Of a stretch of DNA of 64,000 nucleotides, positions 30,174 through 39,122 are shown piece after piece. The stretch is from Succinimonas sp. (lineage in GTDB: Bacteria; Pseudomonadota; Gammaproteobacteria; Enterobacterales; Succinivibrionaceae). Positions within the stretch are counted from its first letter, which is position 1; every line of letters starts with the position of its first letter. Where the stretch lies: the NCBI RefSeq assembly GCF_045124755.1, contig NZ_JBGVMK010000082.1. One strand, written 5' to 3'. The notes below the pieces were generated by a model. The model was given only the letters and a program-made list of their open reading frames with translations, was not told where the DNA came from and searched no databases. The position numbers and the translations under genes are program-made.

Positions 30174-32105
30174 ATGCTTAACATCAACAACATCGAAATC
30201 ATGCGGGGAACCAAGGTGCTGCTTTCCGAAGCCTCCGCATGTGTTTTCCCCAAACACCGCGCCGGTCTGGTGGGCCGGAACGGCTGCGGGAAATCAACCC
30301 TGTTTGCGCTCATCACCGGAGAACTCCAGCCGGACAAGGGAGAGATCTCCGTGCCTAAGGACTGGACTATCGCCACGGTAGCACAGGAAACGCCGGGACT
30401 TAACGAAACCGCCATTAACTACGTCCTTGACGGCGACCGACACTACCGGGACCTCGAAAAGGAGATCCAAAAAGCAACCGAGGCCAATGACGGCATGCGT
30501 CTTGCCGCCTTGCAGGAACAGTTTGAGGTGGCCGGCGGCTATACCATAAACTCCCGAGCAGGAGCGCTCCTCCTTGGCCTCGGGTTTTCCGCTGAAGATT
30601 TCACAAGACCGGTACGGGATTTCTCCGGCGGCTGGCGCATGCGTCTTAACCTTGCACAGGCTCTCCTCTGCCCCTCCGACCTCCTCCTTCTGGACGAACC
30701 CACAAACCATCTGGATCTTGATACGGTAATGTGGCTGGAGGACTGGCTCAAAGGCTATCATGGAACCCTTATTATCATCTCCCATGACCGGGATTTTCTG
30801 GACAACATCTGCACTGAAATTATCCATATGGATAATAAGAAGCTGGTCACCTACGGCGGCAACTATTCGCAGTTTGAAACTGAGCGAGCCCAGAAAATCG
30901 CCCTGGAAACCGCCATGTATGAAAAGCAGCAAAAAAAGCTTAAGCATATGCAAAGCTTTGTGGAAAAGTTCCGCTACAAAGCCACCAAGGCCAAACAGGC
31001 TCAAAGCCGCCTTAAAGCCATTGAGAAGATGGAAAAAATCGTAGTAGCTCAGGCAGATTCCCCGTTCTCATTCAGCTTTGCCCAAGGAGACACCCTGCCC
31101 GATACTCTGGTAAGAATGGAGCATGTGGAAGCCGGTTATGGGGAAACCGTTATTCTGAGCGATATCAAGCTTAATCTGCGTCCCGGCTCCCGCATCGGTC
31201 TTCTGGGAAGAAACGGCGTCGGAAAATCCACATTCATAAAAACTCTGGCCGGAGAAATCCCGCCCCTTTCCGGAACTCTCAGCATATCCAAGGGCGTTCA
31301 GATAGGCTACTTCGCCCAGCATCAGCTGGACTATCTGGATACCGAGGGCACGCCGCTTTCTTTGTTAACCAGAATGGCTCCTGACAAAAAGGAGCTTGAA
31401 CTCCGTTCATTTCTGGGCGGATTCGGCTTCAGCGGCGACAAGGCTTTGGAACAGGTTAAGAGCTTCTCCGGAGGTGAAAAATCCCGTTTGGCTCTGGCCC
31501 TCATTGTCTGGCAAAAGCCCAATCTGCTCCTTCTGGACGAGCCCACAAACCATCTGGATCTCCAAATGAGAGAGGCCATAGTCATTGCGCTTTCGGATTT
31601 TGAGGGAGCACTAATCGTAGTATCCCATGACCGCCATCTCCTCAGAACCACCACCGATGAGTTATATCTGGCCAGCGAAGGCCGGGTGCAGCCCTTTGAC
31701 GGAGATCTTGACAGCTATCACCAGTATCTTACGGATCTGGATCGCCGCAAACACGAGGAGCTCCTCCGGGAAAAGGAACAGAAAACACAGGAGAAACCCC
31801 AGAACACCAGAACAAAATCCCGGGAACAAAAAAGACTGGAGGCAGAAAAGAGACAGAGTCTCCGTCCCCTGAAGCAGGATGTAGCCCGGCTGGAAAATGA
31901 GATGACGCTCCTTAATTCCGAAAAGGATGAAATTGAACAGGCTCTTTCAGACAACAGCATCTACGAGGACAGTCAGAAGGAGAATCTCAAGATCCTGCTG
32001 TTCCGGCAGGCTGAAAACCAAAAGAAACTGGAAGAAACGGAAATGGCCTGGCTTGATAAGAGTCAGGAACTGGAAAACAAGCAAAAAGAACTGGAGTTAT
32101 CCTGA
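30174..32105 (+). CDS. yheS: ABC-F family ATPase YheS
   Basis: Long collinear identity to E. coli YheS (FSGGWRMRLNLAQAL.C.SDLLLLDEPTNHLDLD...; KATKAKQAQSR.K; FSGGEK.RL.LALIVWQ.PNLLLLDEPTNHLDL). The start is set at MLNINNIEI (30174). A TATAAT overlaps the upstream ATG at 30120. Confidence 0.9.
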   Translation: MLNINNIEIMRGTKVLLSEASACVFPKHRAGLVGRNGCGKSTLFALITGELQPDKGEISVPKDWTIATVAQETPGLNETAINYVLDGDRHYRDLEKEIQKATEANDGMRLAALQEQFEVAGGYTINSRAGALLLGLGFSAEDFTRPVRDFSGGWRMRLNLAQALLCPSDLLLLDEPTNHLDLDTVMWLEDWLKGYHGTLIIISHDRDFLDNICTEIIHMDNKKLVTYGGNYSQFETERAQKIALETAMYEKQQKKLKHMQSFVEKFRYKATKAKQAQSRLKAIEKMEKIVVAQADSPFSFSFAQGDTLPDTLVRMEHVEAGYGETVILSDIKLNLRPGSRIGLLGRNGVGKSTFIKTLAGEIPPLSGTLSISKGVQIGYFAQHQLDYLDTEGTPLSLLTRMAPDKKELELRSFLGGFGFSGDKALEQVKSFSGGEKSRLALALIVWQKPNLLLLDEPTNHLDLQMREAIVIALSDFEGALIVVSHDRHLLRTTTDELYLASEGRVQPFDGDLDSYHQYLTDLDRRKHEELLREKEQKTQEKPQNTRTKSREQKRLEAEKRQSLRPLKQDVARLENEMTLLNSEKDEIEQALSDNSIYEDSQKENLKILLFRQAENQKKLEETEMAWLDKSQELENKQKELELS

Positions 32106-32959
32106 TGCTCAGCTATCGCCACGGCTTTCATGCCGGAAATCATGCAGATGTCCTGAAACATATAGTGCTCTGCCTCATCCTAAGAAGTCTCAAAAAAAAG
32201 GATAAGCCTTTCTGCTACATAGATACTCATGCCGGTGCCGGAGGATACTCTTTGGACAGCGATTTCAGCAATAAAACCGGAGAGTACCATACCGGCATCG
32301 AAAAGGTTATAAACAACACCATACTGAAGAAACTGGTTCCGGAATATTTTGAGGTGCTGGATAAGCTGAACCACGAAGAAAAGGCCCTCAGGTATTACCC
32401 GGGATCTCCTTATATCGCAGCATCGTTAATGCGGGAACAGGACAGTCTGGATCTTCTGGAACTCCATCCCAGTGACTACGAGAATCTCAAATACAATATG
32501 CATTTTGCCAGAAATGCCCACGTGCACCACCGCGATGCCAGGGAAGGACTCAATGCGCTCCTGCCTCCGAAAATCAAAAGAGGCCTTATTCTGATTGATC
32601 CCTCATATGAACTGGAATCAGATTACTATGACACCATAAAAATGGTAAAAAACGCCTGGGCAAAATTCCCCACCGGTGTTTACGCCATATGGTATCCGAT
32701 TCTGGGAAAAGCCATCGATGAAAGCTGGAACTTCACCAGAAGTCTTGGAAAGGCCGGAGCTCCCGGAACATTAAAGGCAGAGCTAACCGTTAAGGAAGCC
32801 GATCTCCTCCGGGGCATGCACGGATCCGGCATGGTAATCCTGAATGCTCCCTGGGGGCTTGATCAAGAACTAAACGAAGTGCTGCCAGTGCTTACCGAGG
32901 GACTCAGGCAAAATGATAACGCCAAGTATACGATGAACTGGCTTAGTGAACCGAAGTAA
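32105..32959 (+). CDS. rlmJ: 23S rRNA (adenine2030-N6)-methyltransferase RlmJ
   Basis: MLSYRHGFHAGNHADVLKH is the RlmJ signature N-terminus. TGATG overlaps the yheS stop. Confidence 0.9.
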   Translation: MLSYRHGFHAGNHADVLKHIVLCLILRSLKKKDKPFCYIDTHAGAGGYSLDSDFSNKTGEYHTGIEKVINNTILKKLVPEYFEVLDKLNHEEKALRYYPGSPYIAASLMREQDSLDLLELHPSDYENLKYNMHFARNAHVHHRDAREGLNALLPPKIKRGLILIDPSYELESDYYDTIKMVKNAWAKFPTGVYAIWYPILGKAIDESWNFTRSLGKAGAPGTLKAELTVKEADLLRGMHGSGMVILNAPWGLDQELNEVLPVLTEGLRQNDNAKYTMNWLSEPK

Positions 32960-32989
32960 ATCCCGCTTTTGACAGAAATGGCATAAGCG

Positions 32990-33025
32990 AAAAACAAAAA
33001 GCCCGGAGAAATAATGCTTCCGGGC
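32990..33025 (-). terminator. Rho-independent terminator after pilE (may also serve the convergent rlmJ)
   Basis: GCCCGGA (33001-07) / TCCGGGC (33019-25) stem. On the minus strand it is followed by TTTTTGTTTT. Confidence 0.7.
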
Positions 33026-33052
33026 CTGAAGAGCCTCTAATTCAGCAAAACA

Positions 33053-33511
33053 CTATCTCCAGCACCTTCCGGGATCAGGATTTAGCACATTAATCGAAGT
33101 ACTTCCAGCACCAGCGGAAAATCTCAGTCCATTACTGTTAATGCCTAAGACCTGACATGCAGAATTATCACGAGCCTGACTCCCCTGAGTAGTCAGCGCC
33201 AAAGTGTAAGTATTGACATCAATAACTGTATTTGCATGAGCAGTATAATACCTGCCGACATCACTTCCCAAAGCTCCATTGAGATCTTGGAGAGCATTTC
33301 CTGATGTTCCCAGACAATTAACATAGGTCTGGTTCATCGATCTGCAGTTCTCCATAATATTGGTCAGCTTAGCAAGTTCCTGCTTAGCATCGGCACGCCT
33401 TGCCTCTACTATGTAATTACCGTAAGCCGGAACCGCCACTGCCGCAAGAACACCCACTATCACTATAGCAATCAAAAGCTCAATAAGAGTAAAACCTCTT
33501 TTAGAATTCAT
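33053..33511 (-). CDS. pilE: Type IV pilin-like protein (PilE-type minor pilin)
   Basis: Prepilin leader and N-methylation motif MNSKRGFTLIELLIAIVIVGVLAAVAVPAY. Confidence 0.8.
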   Translation of the reverse strand: MNSKRGFTLIELLIAIVIVGVLAAVAVPAYGNYIVEARRADAKQELAKLTNIMENCRSMNQTYVNCLGTSGNALQDLNGALGSDVGRYYTAHANTVIDVNTYTLALTTQGSQARDNSACQVLGINSNGLRFSAGAGSTSINVLNPDPGRCWR

Positions 33512-33531
33512 AAAGCACCTCTGCTGAAATA

Positions 33532-34200
33532 TCACTGAACACCCAGAATTCCAAAATTGGTCTGAACAATCGACTGAGAACTGCCGGCCTGAGGGGTTCC
33601 GGACTGAGCGCCCTCGGCATCCGATCCTCTGGATGTAATTCTATAAAACTGGTAACCGATTTTAGCGGCGCTGCCTCCGGCATTAGTAGAAGCAAACCCC
33701 CTCTTTTCAATTCTTACAATTGTTCTGCCGTTATCAATACTGACGCAGTTTACGCAGAGGCCATCTTCAGTGTTCCAGCCATTATTGTCACGATACCAAA
33801 AATCACCGTTGGCATAATCAAGGTATGTGCTGCTGTACTCATCCATGGGTCTGTCAACGCCGTTAAAAAGAGTGGTTTTCAAAACATTCATCACATTGGC
33901 ATCTACAGTCTTTCCCTTAATGTTCCAGCCCGTGGTGGACACCGGCTGATGCACGCTGGAAGCTTCTTTCAAATAGACGGACTTATTTTCATCATCAGCG
34001 ACCTGATTCAGAAAAGATATCACCCTGTTAACTCCGGAAATGGCCTGCAAATCGCTGACTACGCTTTCATAAGAAAGATTCGCCGCCTTCTGAGATCTGA
34101 AAGCAAGACCGGCCAAAGACACTGCAATAAGACCGATAATCACAGTTATCATAAGAGCAACTATCAGGGCTACACCAGATTGTTTCCGCATATCTTTCAT
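33532..34200 (-). CDS. pilX: Type IV pilus minor pilin PilX-like
   Basis: PilX_N-type N-terminus RKQSGVALIVALMITVIIGLIAVSL. Position is after pilW. Confidence 0.65.
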   Translation of the reverse strand: MKDMRKQSGVALIVALMITVIIGLIAVSLAGLAFRSQKAANLSYESVVSDLQAISGVNRVISFLNQVADDENKSVYLKEASSVHQPVSTTGWNIKGKTVDANVMNVLKTTLFNGVDRPMDEYSSTYLDYANGDFWYRDNNGWNTEDGLCVNCVSIDNGRTIVRIEKRGFASTNAGGSAAKIGYQFYRITSRGSDAEGAQSGTPQAGSSQSIVQTNFGILGVQ

Positions 34201-34206
34201 CTCCTC

Positions 34207-35136
34207 TTATAACTTGTTAATTATCTGAACATTGCCATTCACAATTCGGTGAACACGGTTATCGCTGTCGTTAACATTTCTTGCCTTGGCATCGGCATCA
34301 GTAGGCACCTGATAAACAACAGTACTGTCATCAGGGAACAGAGTATACGCCGGTGTCTGTTTTACCATCTTCTGACCGGACGGAACCGCCAGAACCAAAG
34401 CATACCTTATAAGATTAATCTGAGGCCACGTCGGAAGAGAACTGGAATCGCCACTCACCGCAGAAATTATGGCATCATCTTTCAAGCCGTTGTTGCCAAC
34501 CCTGTAAAACGAGCTTTTCGCTCCTGCCTGACCAACGGATCCGCCGACACTAGTGCCCACCTGAATACGCATATGAGCGACGTTAGGATCAACAACAACA
34601 TTCTGACCTGAATCATTATGACTGAGATCGCGCTGATGGCAGATAAGACCGTTACTTCTCACATAAAAAATGAGTTCCATCTCCTGATTATTTGAAACCG
34701 GCTGCCCCATGCAATCAAAAATATAACCATCTGCATCGCTTCCAACCCCGGTACTCACATTATCAGCCACGGATGAACCGTAAAACCTAATCTTAATCAT
34801 ATCAGATCCGTTAGCTTGCGTACTCGTATCCCGTTGCACCGCTACTACCTGATCCTCGGCCCAGCCATTAAAAAGGCCATTTCCGACATTGGTTGCCATG
34901 AAATGGGGATCTTGCATTACCCGAAGATAATTTACATAGCCTGTCTGAAAAAGAAGGGCGTTGAAGGTAACATCAATTCTGCGGGACGAAGATCCGGCAA
35001 CAGCGTTTCCCTTGGAAAAACCAAAATTGACCACACTGGAGGTCATAAGAGAATACAGTCCGCCAACAATTATGGAGGCAACCAAAATACTGACCATGAG
35101 CTCTATAAGATTAAAGCCCTTGTTTCTGATTATCAT
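34207..35136 (-). CDS. pilW: Type IV pilus minor pilin PilW-like
   Basis: NKGFNLIELMVSILVASIIVGG prepilin motif. Size and position are typical of PilW. Confidence 0.7.
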   Translation of the reverse strand: MIIRNKGFNLIELMVSILVASIIVGGLYSLMTSSVVNFGFSKGNAVAGSSSRRIDVTFNALLFQTGYVNYLRVMQDPHFMATNVGNGLFNGWAEDQVVAVQRDTSTQANGSDMIKIRFYGSSVADNVSTGVGSDADGYIFDCMGQPVSNNQEMELIFYVRSNGLICHQRDLSHNDSGQNVVVDPNVAHMRIQVGTSVGGSVGQAGAKSSFYRVGNNGLKDDAIISAVSGDSSSLPTWPQINLIRYALVLAVPSGQKMVKQTPAYTLFPDDSTVVYQVPTDADAKARNVNDSDNRVHRIVNGNVQIINKL

Positions 35137-35780
35137 AAACTCAACCCCACATTGTTACATACTATGTTGTTATTGGCTCTGAGATTTTGCAGCTCTTTCA
35201 AAGCATCTGCATCGATGTCGCCGAAAGGACAATGCTCTTCCAGAGAAACGGCCGTATCGCGGACATCACTCTGAGCCTCCATTGCCGCTCTGGTTCTCCC
35301 CTCCGGAATCGGCTGATAAGCCAAAGCAACTTCCGCATCGTAAGTAGTAAGACCATTGATGCCGCCGACATTCACATTTCTGGTGATCTGCACGGCAAAA
35401 TCAATCTGAGGAAGATTATTCCTAGTGCGATTAATATCATTTCTGTTGCGAATATACTGATCGCAGAGCGTATTAAAAGTCCTCTCAAAAGCCTGTGCGG
35501 GAGCTCCGGTACCGAAAACACCATTGCCGCTGATATTACCGCAGGTAAGGGTTATCGTATTACCGCTACCCCAATTAAACGTTGCTATCGATGCCCTGCT
35601 GCTCTCTATAAAGCGAACGTAGGCATTAAGAGCGTCACTGCTGGACTGTTTAGATGCCGTGGCATTCAAGCTTCTGGAACTGAAGGTCTGCAAGGCAGCA
35701 AAACCGAGCATGGCAATGGCCACCACCAGCATGGAAACCAAGAGCTCAATTAACGTAAAACCTTTGCATCTGATTTTCAT
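35133..35780 (-). CDS. pilV: Type IV pilus minor pilin PilV-like
   Basis: CKGFTLIELLVSMLVVAIAMLGFAALQ is typical of PilV. 4-nt overlap with pilW. Confidence 0.7.
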   Translation of the reverse strand: MKIRCKGFTLIELLVSMLVVAIAMLGFAALQTFSSRSLNATASKQSSSDALNAYVRFIESSRASIATFNWGSGNTITLTCGNISGNGVFGTGAPAQAFERTFNTLCDQYIRNRNDINRTRNNLPQIDFAVQITRNVNVGGINGLTTYDAEVALAYQPIPEGRTRAAMEAQSDVRDTAVSLEEHCPFGDIDADALKELQNLRANNNIVCNNVGLSL

Positions 35781-35791
35781 ACTATTCTTCC

Positions 35792-36457
35792 CTAATTATT
35801 GTAACACGCAGTAGGAGGGGTTGCCTGACCGTAAAGATCCTTATTATCGGCAGTCATATTTCCCGTGGTCGAAAAAGTCATTTCCCTCCGGTAATAATCC
35901 TTGTTGTTTCTGCCACAAACTGTTACCACCACTTCACCGTTACCGGCAATAAAACGGTTATCAGCAGAAGCAGTCCCCGACATACCATTAGGAAGAAAAA
36001 GAACTGAAGCAGCTCCACCGAAATCCATGGTGCTCCGCTGAGATCCGGCCACCTCACCCAGTATTTCATCACTATTAGAAAGAGTACCGTTCATATCGAC
36101 ATCCACAAAATAGACTATACTCAGCCAGCGGTTTCCACTGAACATCCGCGGCATCATTACAACAGGACGTCCCCGGGATACTGCCGCCTGCCTAGACTGT
36201 TCGAATGCACTTTCCACTGCAGCAGCAGTTGCATTTGTATCATTGGAAACAGCCCAATCCCGCATCATTGAGGTGGCAATGGTAGTAAGAATACCAATGA
36301 GAACTATCGTTATCAGAAGTTCCACCATGGTAAATCCGCGTGATCGCAAACGATAACCGGCAAATCCCTTTTGCTTGCGAGTATAAAGCATAACCTTCCC
36401 TGGTTCAGCCATAAAAAACTCCCCTAAATGCAACTCTGCACTGCTTAAAAACTGCAT
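35792..36457 (-). CDS. Type IV pilus minor pilin FimU/FimT (GspH-like); start uncertain
   Basis: SRGFTMVELLITIVLIGILTTIA prepilin motif. Candidate starts are at 36457, 36412 and 36391, or a TTG giving MRSRG|FTMVELL. Confidence 0.7.
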   Translation of the reverse strand: MQFLSSAELHLGEFFMAEPGKVMLYTRKQKGFAGYRLRSRGFTMVELLITIVLIGILTTIATSMMRDWAVSNDTNATAAAVESAFEQSRQAAVSRGRPVVMMPRMFSGNRWLSIVYFVDVDMNGTLSNSDEILGEVAGSQRSTMDFGGAASVLFLPNGMSGTASADNRFIAGNGEVVVTVCGRNNKDYYRREMTFSTTGNMTADNKDLYGQATPPTACYNN

Positions 36458-36704
36458 AACTGATGTATTCTATAAAAGAAAAAAAAACAATGTTACATCG
36501 GTATCTCTTATTTGAGATACAGATACAAAAAAATAAACATAAACTAACGTTTTGTTCACATTTCATGATGGTTTCCCGGCAAAATCTCCTAGGAATCCAT
36601 CCTGAAAAGCCACCCTGTCACCTGTTTTTAGACCGAGCATCGCAAGGCAGTTTCAAAAATGAAACTCCCAAAAACAGGCTTCCGTTATTCCATCACACCG
36701 TCCA

Positions 36705-37967
36705 TTACTCTGCCTTTGCGCCATCTCCGCCGTTTTCAGCCAAAACGCACTTCTCGTGGTTGAAGTAGGGAGCTCCGTACATCTTCATCATGTAGGGGCG
36801 CAGTTCTTCAGGAGCACAGTTAATTCTTTCCATAAACTTTGACTTCTCCTCCGGGCTTACCTTTTCATCATGTCCGGCCGCCACCAAAACAGAAGGAAAC
36901 AGCTTATAGTGGCTATAGATGAAGGTATCGATAGCCCGGGACAGTGCGGAAGCATCGGCATACTCGCCGGTAAGAGGCTCTCCGGCACTAACATGAACCC
37001 GGCCTTTATATCCTTTAATACCGCCCACAATGCTGTCAATATCCTCAAATTCGGACTTGGTGTAATTACCGGTCTGGGACTTCTCATAAAGCTCCCGGGC
37101 CTTCATCACATCACCGGGATCAAATTCATAAGAAATGGACACCGGGACTATGTTCAGGGTTTTTATATACTCCGGAAAGGACATGCCGAGTTTCTTTCCG
37201 AACATGTAGAACATTTTCAGGATGGCATCCTCTGTGGCATCATTGCCGTCCTTGGCCCTCCCCTCCCTCTGGGCAATCCAAACATTGTGATTCTCCCGAA
37301 TGGCAGCTCCGATGTAGGCGCTAAGCTCAGAAAAAGCCTTTATCTTGTCCTTGACGGAGGTCAGGGAACGCTTAACTATGAAGCTTTTGTTTAACTTCAT
37401 AAGATCCGTGGCCACCGGCATTCTGAGGAGATTATCGCCGATGGCAATTTTTACCGTATCCAGATTGTTGTAGTGACAGCACATGTCAATAAACGCCGGA
37501 TCCAGAGAAATATCACGATGATTGGAGATAAAAAGATACCCTTTCTTCGGATCCAGTTTATCAAAACCCTCATAAGTAAAACCATCGGTGGAATTTTTAA
37601 TGACGCCTTCCATAAACTGAGCCACGTATTCCTGACAGTCTCTGATAGTAGCAACTTTGGAAAACTTTTTTCTGATGACGTATCTGATAACAGGCTTAAG
37701 CGCTGCGTGCATGAATTTCGGGAGAGACGGAAACATGTTTCTGGCAATGCCGCTCAGAAGGGAACTATCGTTAACTACTCTTTTAACCACCTCGGGAACC
37801 TCATCATCCCGGTAATGACGGATATCATCAAACATCGGATCATCGGTGGATATTTCCGCTGCCGGCCGAGAAGCCGAGGCAGCAGAGGCCTTTCCGGCAG
37901 ATTCATTAGCCGGAGCTTTATTTGCGGGGGTTTCTGTTTCAGGATGTTCCTGGCTGGCAGTATTCAT
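36705..37967 (-). CDS. PlsC-domain acyltransferase (lysophospholipid/glycerol-phosphate acyltransferase family)
   Basis: HxxxxD catalytic motif in the context FISNHRDISLDPAF, and a later REGRAKDG block. Confidence 0.7.
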   Translation of the reverse strand: MNTASQEHPETETPANKAPANESAGKASAASASRPAAEISTDDPMFDDIRHYRDDEVPEVVKRVVNDSSLLSGIARNMFPSLPKFMHAALKPVIRYVIRKKFSKVATIRDCQEYVAQFMEGVIKNSTDGFTYEGFDKLDPKKGYLFISNHRDISLDPAFIDMCCHYNNLDTVKIAIGDNLLRMPVATDLMKLNKSFIVKRSLTSVKDKIKAFSELSAYIGAAIRENHNVWIAQREGRAKDGNDATEDAILKMFYMFGKKLGMSFPEYIKTLNIVPVSISYEFDPGDVMKARELYEKSQTGNYTKSEFEDIDSIVGGIKGYKGRVHVSAGEPLTGEYADASALSRAIDTFIYSHYKLFPSVLVAAGHDEKVSPEEKSKFMERINCAPEELRPYMMKMYGAPYFNHEKCVLAENGGDGAKAE

Positions 37968-38097
37968 GACAAATCCTAACTGTAATCTTATTAATTTAAT
38001 GTAACGGCTTCTGTGAAAACGGCTTCACAATAAAACGAGATGCGTCAGATTTTCCGGAGCCATTTTACACGACAACACTCTTATAACAGCATCCTCT

Positions 38098-38117
38098 AAA
38101 GTGATCAAGTTCACGAT
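38098..38117. promoter_or_regulatory. Candidate CRP-binding site upstream of crp
   Basis: AAAGTGATCAAGTTCACGAT has the GTGA-N6-TCAC core of the CRP consensus. It lies about 185 nt upstream of the crp ATG. Confidence 0.4.
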
Positions 38118-38299
38118 AAGTCAAAAAAATATGCGTCTGATCATACTCCTATAGTGACCTTTGTCTGTTTTTTCGTTATCATACACGAATCGTTATGGAG
38201 CACCGTTGTTCCGCAAGCGTTCTGCATCCGAGGAGAATTCATTACAGTACAATAAACCTTCGGATACTTTGTTAGCAGTAGTTAAGGGATTATTAGATA

Positions 38300-38938
38300 A
38301 TGCTTATTGGTAAACCTCAATCAGATCCGACAAAGGACTGGTTTCTTTCTCATTGTCACATCCATAAGTATCCTGCCAAGAGTACTCTGATACACGCCGG
38401 TGAAAAGGCTGAAACACTCTACTACATTGTGAAGGGTTCTGTGGCTGTTCTCATCAAGGATGAGGATGGCAAGGAGATGATTCTTTCCTATCTCAATCAG
38501 GGTGATTTTATTGGCGAGCTCGGTTTGTTTGACGAAAGCGACAGCCCGATAAGATCCGCCTGGGTGAGAGCAAAGAATGCCTGCGAAATTGCTGAAATTT
38601 CCTACAAGAAATTCAAGCAGCTTATTCAGGTAAATCCTGAAATTCTGATGCGTCTCAGCGCTCAGATGGCCAGACGGCTCACCACCACCAGCAGCAAAGT
38701 GGGAAATCTCGCTTTCCTAGATGTGCAGGGGCGCATTGCCAGCACCCTTATCAATCTGGCGCACCAGCCTGATGCCATGACCCATCCGGATGGCATGCAG
38801 ATTAAGATTACCAGACAGGAAATCGGCCAAATCGTGGGCTGTTCCCGCGAAACTGTCGGCCGCATTCTGAAAATGCTGGAAGAGCAGAATATGATAAGCG
38901 CTCACGGTAAAACCATCGTGGTATTTAATACCCGCTGA
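38300..38938 (+). CDS. crp: cAMP receptor protein, global transcriptional regulator
   Basis: Near-collinear identity with E. coli CRP ([48 protein letters not shown]; [35 protein letters not shown]). Confidence 0.97.
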   Translation: MLIGKPQSDPTKDWFLSHCHIHKYPAKSTLIHAGEKAETLYYIVKGSVAVLIKDEDGKEMILSYLNQGDFIGELGLFDESDSPIRSAWVRAKNACEIAEISYKKFKQLIQVNPEILMRLSAQMARRLTTTSSKVGNLAFLDVQGRIASTLINLAHQPDAMTHPDGMQIKITRQEIGQIVGCSRETVGRILKMLEEQNMISAHGKTIVVFNTR

Positions 38939-38965
38939 TTGTAATTGCTGGCAGAGCTTAACCAG

Positions 38966-38991
38966 AGGGAGATGAAAGTCTCCCTTTTTTG
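38966..38991 (+). terminator. Rho-independent terminator of crp
   Basis: GGGAGA (38967-72) / TCTCCC (38979-84) stem followed by TTTTTT. Confidence 0.8.
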
Positions 38992-39055
38992 TTGCCGGCA
39001 TCAGAGGTGAGGCTCATCCATACACAATCCTGTGGAAAATCCTGCTCCCCACGCA

Positions 39056-39084
39056 TGAAAAAGCCGCCCCCGAAGGAAACGGCC
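39056..39084 (-). terminator. Rho-independent terminator of argD
   Basis: The minus strand reads GCCGTTTCCTTCGGGGGCGGC (a stem with a TTCG loop) followed by TTTTTC. Confidence 0.65.
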
Positions 39085-39122
39085 TTTGAATCAAATCACC
39101 GGCATGTATACGTCACTCTAAA

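Noticed and set aside
36463-36768. A 101-aa plus-strand ORF between the fimU-like and plsC-like genes.
   Set aside because: It spans an intergenic promoter region and runs antisense into the plsC-like 3' end. It has no similarity or RBS.
38011-38031. A TGTGA-N8-TCACA element upstream of crp.
   Set aside because: The spacing is 8 rather than the 6 nt required for canonical CRP binding. The 38098-38117 site is the better candidate.
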